Below are positions 6,521-10,094 of a stretch of DNA of 10,094 bases, in pieces. The translations under genes were made by a program, and so were the position numbers. The DNA lies in assembly GCA_012961925.1 (NCBI GenBank), contig DTYK01000307.1, forward strand, positions 1-10,094, given 5' to 3'. Numbering within the stretch: position 1 is the stretch's first letter; every line of letters starts with the position of its first letter. The notes beneath the pieces are model-generated. The model had not been told where the DNA came from. It was given only the letters and a program-made list of their open reading frames with translations, and did not search any database. Source of the DNA: Candidatus Latescibacterota bacterium. Its GTDB lineage: Bacteria > Latescibacterota > MVCY01 > DTYK01.

Positions 6521-6549
6521 TAAAAGAGACAGGCACTTAGTGTTTTTTT
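6507..6549 (+). terminator. Terminator-like hairpin plus U7 in the tilS leader, a possible attenuator or sRNA 3' end.
   Basis: GUGUUUGUC (6510-6518) pairs with GACAGGCAC (6528-6536) over a 9-nt loop, with two G:U pairs. The stem can extend through ACU/AGU with a 2-nt bulge. GUUUUUUU follows at 6542-6549. The stem overlaps the -35 hexamer of the opposing promoter. Confidence 0.3.
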
Positions 6550-6586
6550 CCTATTACGGAAAGGTCATTTCTGTTTGAGGGACAGG

Positions 6587-7990
6587 ATGGAATTGATAGA
6601 TGGAGTTCTGGACTTCATAACCCGGTTTAAGATGTTTGCTCCCGGCGAGAAGGTGGTGGTCGCTGTATCGGGAGGACCGGACTCGGTTGCTCTCCTTGAT
6701 ATTCTCACTGTTCTTAAGGATCGGCTGGAGATCAGCCTACACGTTGCGCACCTTGATCATGGACTGCGGGCGGAGGATTCACAGCGAGATGCTGAGTTTG
6801 TCCGGGATCTGGCGGCTAAGTATAACCTTCCCGCTACTGTGGCATATCGGAATGTAAGGGAATTCCTCAAGAAACACAGGTTCTCCCTTGAGGAAGGAGC
6901 CAGGGTGGTGAGATACACTTTCCTGAAGGAGGTTGCTGAAGAGGTATCGGCCCAAAAGATCGCTACCGCCCATACCCTGGACGATCAAGCCGAAACAATC
7001 TTATTCCGCGTATTGCGAGGAGCTGGGGTTCAGGGTCTGGTGGGGATACCCCCTGTGAGAGAGGGCCTCTTTGTCAGACCGTTATTAAAGGTGACCCGAA
7101 GGGAAATCCTCGATTTCCTTGCCACCCGCGGGCTGACCTTCAGGCACGACCGTTCGAACGAAGACCTCAGGTACATTCGGAACAGGATCAGACACAGTCT
7201 CATTCCTTATCTCAAGCAGGAGTATAATCCGAAGATCGTGATGGCCCTTGACAGGATGGCAGATATCCTACGGGCCGAGGATGAATTCATCGAAGAGACC
7301 GCTGGCCAGATCTTCAACTCCGTCATGAAAAACCGTGACAAGAGAAAAATTATACTTGATATTAAAAGGATTTTGGGTTATCATATATCCATAAAACGAA
7401 GAGTCCTGCGGAAGGCCCTTTATCTATTGACAGAAGGTGTTGTCCCTGAATTTAAAGATATAGAGCGGCTCGTTGAATTAAAGGTTTCCAAATCCCGGCT
7501 TTTTCAACTTGGTTTCCAGATCACCGCTCAGAAGTGGGATGACCTGCTCATCCTGAAGCGGGGGAATGTGCCCCCATTCCGGAGGCCGGTGAGCATACCA
7601 GGCAGGACTGACCTGAGGGAACTTGACGCTCACCTCTACGTTAAGATTCTTGCCCAGGAAGGCCTTCTAACTGGAGGGTTAGGTTCCGACCCCCAGGTTG
7701 CATTCCTTGATTTAAATTCCATCAAGGGCGGGATTGCGGTACGAAGTCGCTGTACAGGTGATGTGATCCAGCCTTTGGGCATGAAAGGGCACACAAAGAA
7801 GGTAAAGGACCTTTTAATCGATCGGAAAATACCTCGCATCCTCAGGGATGAAATCCCGTTGCTTGTGGATCAGGAGAAAGTGCTCTGGGTGGTGGGGGTG
7901 GAGATAAACGAGCTGTGCAGGGTAACATTGGAGAGCAAGCAGGTTTTGAAGATTCAATTCGAGAGGGACGGTGAAATAGACCATGGCTGA
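6587..7990 (+). CDS. tilS: tRNA(Ile)-lysidine synthetase TilS.
   Basis: The 467-aa product has the N-terminal PP-loop [16 protein letters not shown] (SGGxDS) and an ATP-pyrophosphatase domain. Its C-terminal region has the length typical of TilS. The ATG at 6587 is preceded by GAGGG with a 5-nt spacer. The track ORF begins at the TTG at 6575. The stop at 7988-7990 overlaps the ftsH start (ATGGCTGA). Confidence 0.85.
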   Translation: MELIDGVLDFITRFKMFAPGEKVVVAVSGGPDSVALLDILTVLKDRLEISLHVAHLDHGLRAEDSQRDAEFVRDLAAKYNLPATVAYRNVREFLKKHRFSLEEGARVVRYTFLKEVAEEVSAQKIATAHTLDDQAETILFRVLRGAGVQGLVGIPPVREGLFVRPLLKVTRREILDFLATRGLTFRHDRSNEDLRYIRNRIRHSLIPYLKQEYNPKIVMALDRMADILRAEDEFIEETAGQIFNSVMKNRDKRKIILDIKRILGYHISIKRRVLRKALYLLTEGVVPEFKDIERLVELKVSKSRLFQLGFQITAQKWDDLLILKRGNVPPFRRPVSIPGRTDLRELDAHLYVKILAQEGLLTGGLGSDPQVAFLDLNSIKGGIAVRSRCTGDVIQPLGMKGHTKKVKDLLIDRKIPRILRDEIPLLVDQEKVLWVVGVEINELCRVTLESKQVLKIQFERDGEIDHG

Positions 7991-10025
7991 GAGAAGAGAA
8001 GATAAAGGGAGTCCGAGACGAGGAAGGAAGGTTCCTCCCTCAACAAGGCCCAAGAAGAGACCGCCGGACAAAGAGAATTTTGAGTGGAAAAAGGGTCTCA
8101 GAACACTGATCTTCTGGGTATTTCTGATCCTGATATCGGTCACTACATACCGATATTTCAGCAGTGCCTTTTCCGGTGAGACGGAGGTCTCTTATACCGA
8201 CTACCTTCGGTTCTTAAAGGGTGGGAATATCAAAAGCGCTAAGATCGTTGAGACCGATTTTCATGGTTTACTTACAGACGGAAGAAGGATCGTGGTAAAT
8301 CTGGGTACGATTGACTCAGAGACCAAGAAGGAGTGGGAGAAGTATGGGGTTGAGTTCACCTTTCAAGAAAAGGCGAGGTGGCTGACTTTCTTCATGGGTA
8401 CATTGCCGTGGATTCTGATCTTCGGGATCTGGTTTTTGCTTTTCAGACACATGCAGGCCGGACCCAGGGGGGTCTTTTCCTTCGGGAAGAGCAGGGCCAA
8501 GCTCCTCACCCAGGATCGTCCGAAGATATCTTTCAAGGACGTGGCCGGAGTGGATGAGGCGAAGGAGGAACTTCGGGAGGTGATTGAGTTTCTGAAAGAT
8601 CCGGCGAAATTCCAGAGGTTGGGAGGTAAGATTCCAAAGGGTACCCTGTTACTGGGGCCTCCAGGCACGGGCAAGACCCTTTTGGCGAGGGCTGTGGCCG
8701 GGGAGGCTGAGGTTCCCTTCCTCAGCATAAGCGGTTCGGACTTTGTAGAGATGTTTGTTGGCGTGGGGGCGTCCAGGGTGAGGGACCTCTTCATCCAGGG
8801 CAAAAACAACGCCCCGTGCATCATCTTCATCGATGAAATAGACGCCGTGGGACGACTTCGCGGGGCAGGAATCGGAGGAGGACACGATGAGAGAGAACAG
8901 ACGCTGAATCAGCTCCTGGTCGAAATGGATGGCTTCGAGTCCACGGACGGCGTTATTATAATTGCTGCAACAAACCGCCCGGATGTCCTCGACCCGGCCC
9001 TTTTACGTCCCGGCAGGTTCGACCGTCAGATCGTCATTGATCGTCCCGACCTGAAGGGTAGGGAGGGGATCCTTAAGGTACATACCAGAAATATCCCGCT
9101 TGACGAGGATGTGGACCTGGGCATCATAGCCAGAGGAACACCCGGGCTCTCAGGTGCCGACCTGGCGAACATAGTTAACGAAGCCACGCTTCTGGCATCC
9201 CGTCGTGACCGTGACAAGGTGACGATGGCAGACTTCGAAGAGGCCATGGACAAGGTTATGATGGGTGCTGAACGTAGGAGTCTGGTCATCTCAGAAGATG
9301 AGAAGAGGAGCATTGCCTATCATGAGGCGGGACATGCACTGGTATCGAAGCTGACCCCCGGTGCGGATCCTGTTCATAAAGTGACGATTATCCCCCGTGG
9401 GAGGGCCCTTGGCCTGACTCACTACCTACCTCTGGACGAAAGGCACACACATTCAAAGGCTTATTGTGTAAGGGTCTTGACCCATCTGCTCGGCGGAAGG
9501 GCAGCGGAGAAGATCGTCTTTGATGATGTCACCACGGGGGCAGGAAATGACATTGAACAGGCTACAGTATTGGCACGGAAGATGGTCTGTGACTGGGGAA
9601 TGAGCGAGAAGCTGGGGCCTCTGACCTTCGGCAAGAAAGAGGAAGAGATCTTTCTTGGCAGGGAGATCGCCCAACACAGGGATTATAGTGAGAAGACAGC
9701 CGTTGCTATCGATGAAGAGGTGCGCAATCTTGTGGAAGGGGCAGAGAAAAGGGCTATCAAACTGCTGAGGGAGAACATCGACAAACTTCATGCCCTTGCC
9801 GCTGCCCTTTTGGAACGTGAGGTCTTAAACGGTGTACAGATAGACGAGATCATAAGTCAAGAACAAGGGAATAGGACCGGTTCACGGAGGCGCAGCTCCA
9901 GAGGAAGACGACCAACCACAGGACAAAGGGCCAAAGGTGAGAAAAGAGTAGCCGAACCAGCAGCTGCAGCATCAAGTTCTGCGGGTTCCCTTCGAAGCGA
10001 GGAAGACCATACTCCCTCCCGTTAA
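7983..10025 (+). CDS. ftsH: ATP-dependent zinc metalloprotease FtsH.
   Basis: The 680-aa product has two TM helices flanking a roughly 75-aa periplasmic domain. AAA+ motifs are Walker A GPPGTGKT and Walker [10 protein letters not shown], and the SRH motif is [19 protein letters not shown]. The M41 peptidase zinc site is HEAGHAL. The basic 38-aa N-terminal extension and the Arg/Ser-rich C-terminal tail are unusual but in frame with no alternative start. Confidence 0.95.
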   Translation: MAERREDKGSPRRGRKVPPSTRPKKRPPDKENFEWKKGLRTLIFWVFLILISVTTYRYFSSAFSGETEVSYTDYLRFLKGGNIKSAKIVETDFHGLLTDGRRIVVNLGTIDSETKKEWEKYGVEFTFQEKARWLTFFMGTLPWILIFGIWFLLFRHMQAGPRGVFSFGKSRAKLLTQDRPKISFKDVAGVDEAKEELREVIEFLKDPAKFQRLGGKIPKGTLLLGPPGTGKTLLARAVAGEAEVPFLSISGSDFVEMFVGVGASRVRDLFIQGKNNAPCIIFIDEIDAVGRLRGAGIGGGHDEREQTLNQLLVEMDGFESTDGVIIIAATNRPDVLDPALLRPGRFDRQIVIDRPDLKGREGILKVHTRNIPLDEDVDLGIIARGTPGLSGADLANIVNEATLLASRRDRDKVTMADFEEAMDKVMMGAERRSLVISEDEKRSIAYHEAGHALVSKLTPGADPVHKVTIIPRGRALGLTHYLPLDERHTHSKAYCVRVLTHLLGGRAAEKIVFDDVTTGAGNDIEQATVLARKMVCDWGMSEKLGPLTFGKKEEEIFLGREIAQHRDYSEKTAVAIDEEVRNLVEGAEKRAIKLLRENIDKLHALAAALLEREVLNGVQIDEIISQEQGNRTGSRRRSSRGRRPTTGQRAKGEKRVAEPAAAASSSAGSLRSEEDHTPSR

Positions 10026-10050
10026 CCGCTGAGGAAGTGCTGGAGATGGA

Positions 10051-10094
10051 CAAGGCCAAGATCGAGATGGGTGTGAGGATGTTGCTTGAGGGGA
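10051..10094 (+). CDS. Start of a downstream gene (first 14 codons, MDKAKIEMGVRMLLEG). The product is not identifiable from this fragment.
   Basis: An ATG at 10051 lies 8 nt after GAGGAAG and 25 nt after the ftsH stop. The frame stays open to the window edge. The fragment is too short to name. folP commonly follows ftsH, but that is only context, not evidence. Confidence 0.3.

Noticed and set aside
6396-6578. 60-aa plus-strand ORF in the tilS upstream region.
   Set aside because: It begins at the TTG that forms the -35 hexamer, lies upstream of the predicted TSS, and has no SD. Its AT-rich composition matches random sequence.
4779-6586. Possible integrated islet at the tRNA 3' end (the URO-D-like gene plus the AT-rich spacer).
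   Set aside because: No direct repeat of the tRNA 3' end (att-like) was found. A TCCCTCC...ACCGCT resemblance at 10011-10030 is interrupted and short. No integrase is present. The URO-D-like gene has the same GC and codon feel as its neighbours.
1-10094. CRISPR arrays, IS elements, and toxin-antitoxin or defence-like small gene pairs.
   Set aside because: There are no regularly spaced repeats, no terminal inverted repeats or transposase-like ORFs, and no pair of small co-directional ORFs with RBSs. Every intergenic gap is explained by promoter or terminator elements.

Overview
Most of this window is a housekeeping neighbourhood of a roughly 50% GC bacterium: seven protein genes, one tRNA, and the first few codons of an eighth gene. 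None looks mobile, CRISPR-associated or defence-related. I found no novel multi-gene system.

On the minus strand, from the left edge:
- The N-terminal 114 codons of a D-isomer-specific 2-hydroxyacid dehydrogenase (SerA/GyaR-like), running off the window edge.
- An SPFH/band-7 stomatin-like membrane protein.
- The transcription accessory protein Tex (HhH plus a C-terminal S1 domain).
- The SRP receptor FtsY (short NG-type, no acidic A domain).

On the plus strand, then:
- An elongator-type tRNA with anticodon CAU, with a near-consensus promoter upstream and a strong hairpin plus T6 terminator downstream.
- A divergent uroporphyrinogen-decarboxylase (URO-D) family gene, on the minus strand.
- tilS (tRNA-Ile lysidine synthetase), whose stop overlaps the ftsH start by 8 nt.
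- ftsH, with Walker A/B, SRH and HEAGH motifs intact.
- A few codons of a following gene at the right edge.

Five sigma70-like promoters match TTGACA-N16/17-TATAAT at 10 or 11 of 12 positions, upstream of stomatin, ftsY, the tRNA, tilS and the URO-D-like gene. All are read by eye, not scored.

The least ordinary feature is the 384-bp AT-rich island between the URO-D-like gene and tilS (6203..6586). It holds:
- Two face-to-face near-consensus promoters whose predicted transcripts overlap at their 5' ends.
- A tandem 11-bp direct repeat with phased A-tracts.
- A hairpin plus U7 inside the tilS leader.
- A 105-codon open frame that ends against the ribosome-binding site of the URO-D-like gene.

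Secondary points:
- The tRNA-CAU (G1:U72, A32) sits two genes from tilS, so its Met versus Ile2 identity is worth checking.
- The URO-D-family protein lacks the canonical HemE N-terminal motif.
- A purine/pyrimidine-skewed inverted repeat abuts the start codon of the dehydrogenase.
- FtsH carries a strongly basic N-terminal extension.

The leftover six-frame ORFs are antisense or promoter read-through artefacts. Every identification here rests on translation and motif recognition by eye, with no database search.
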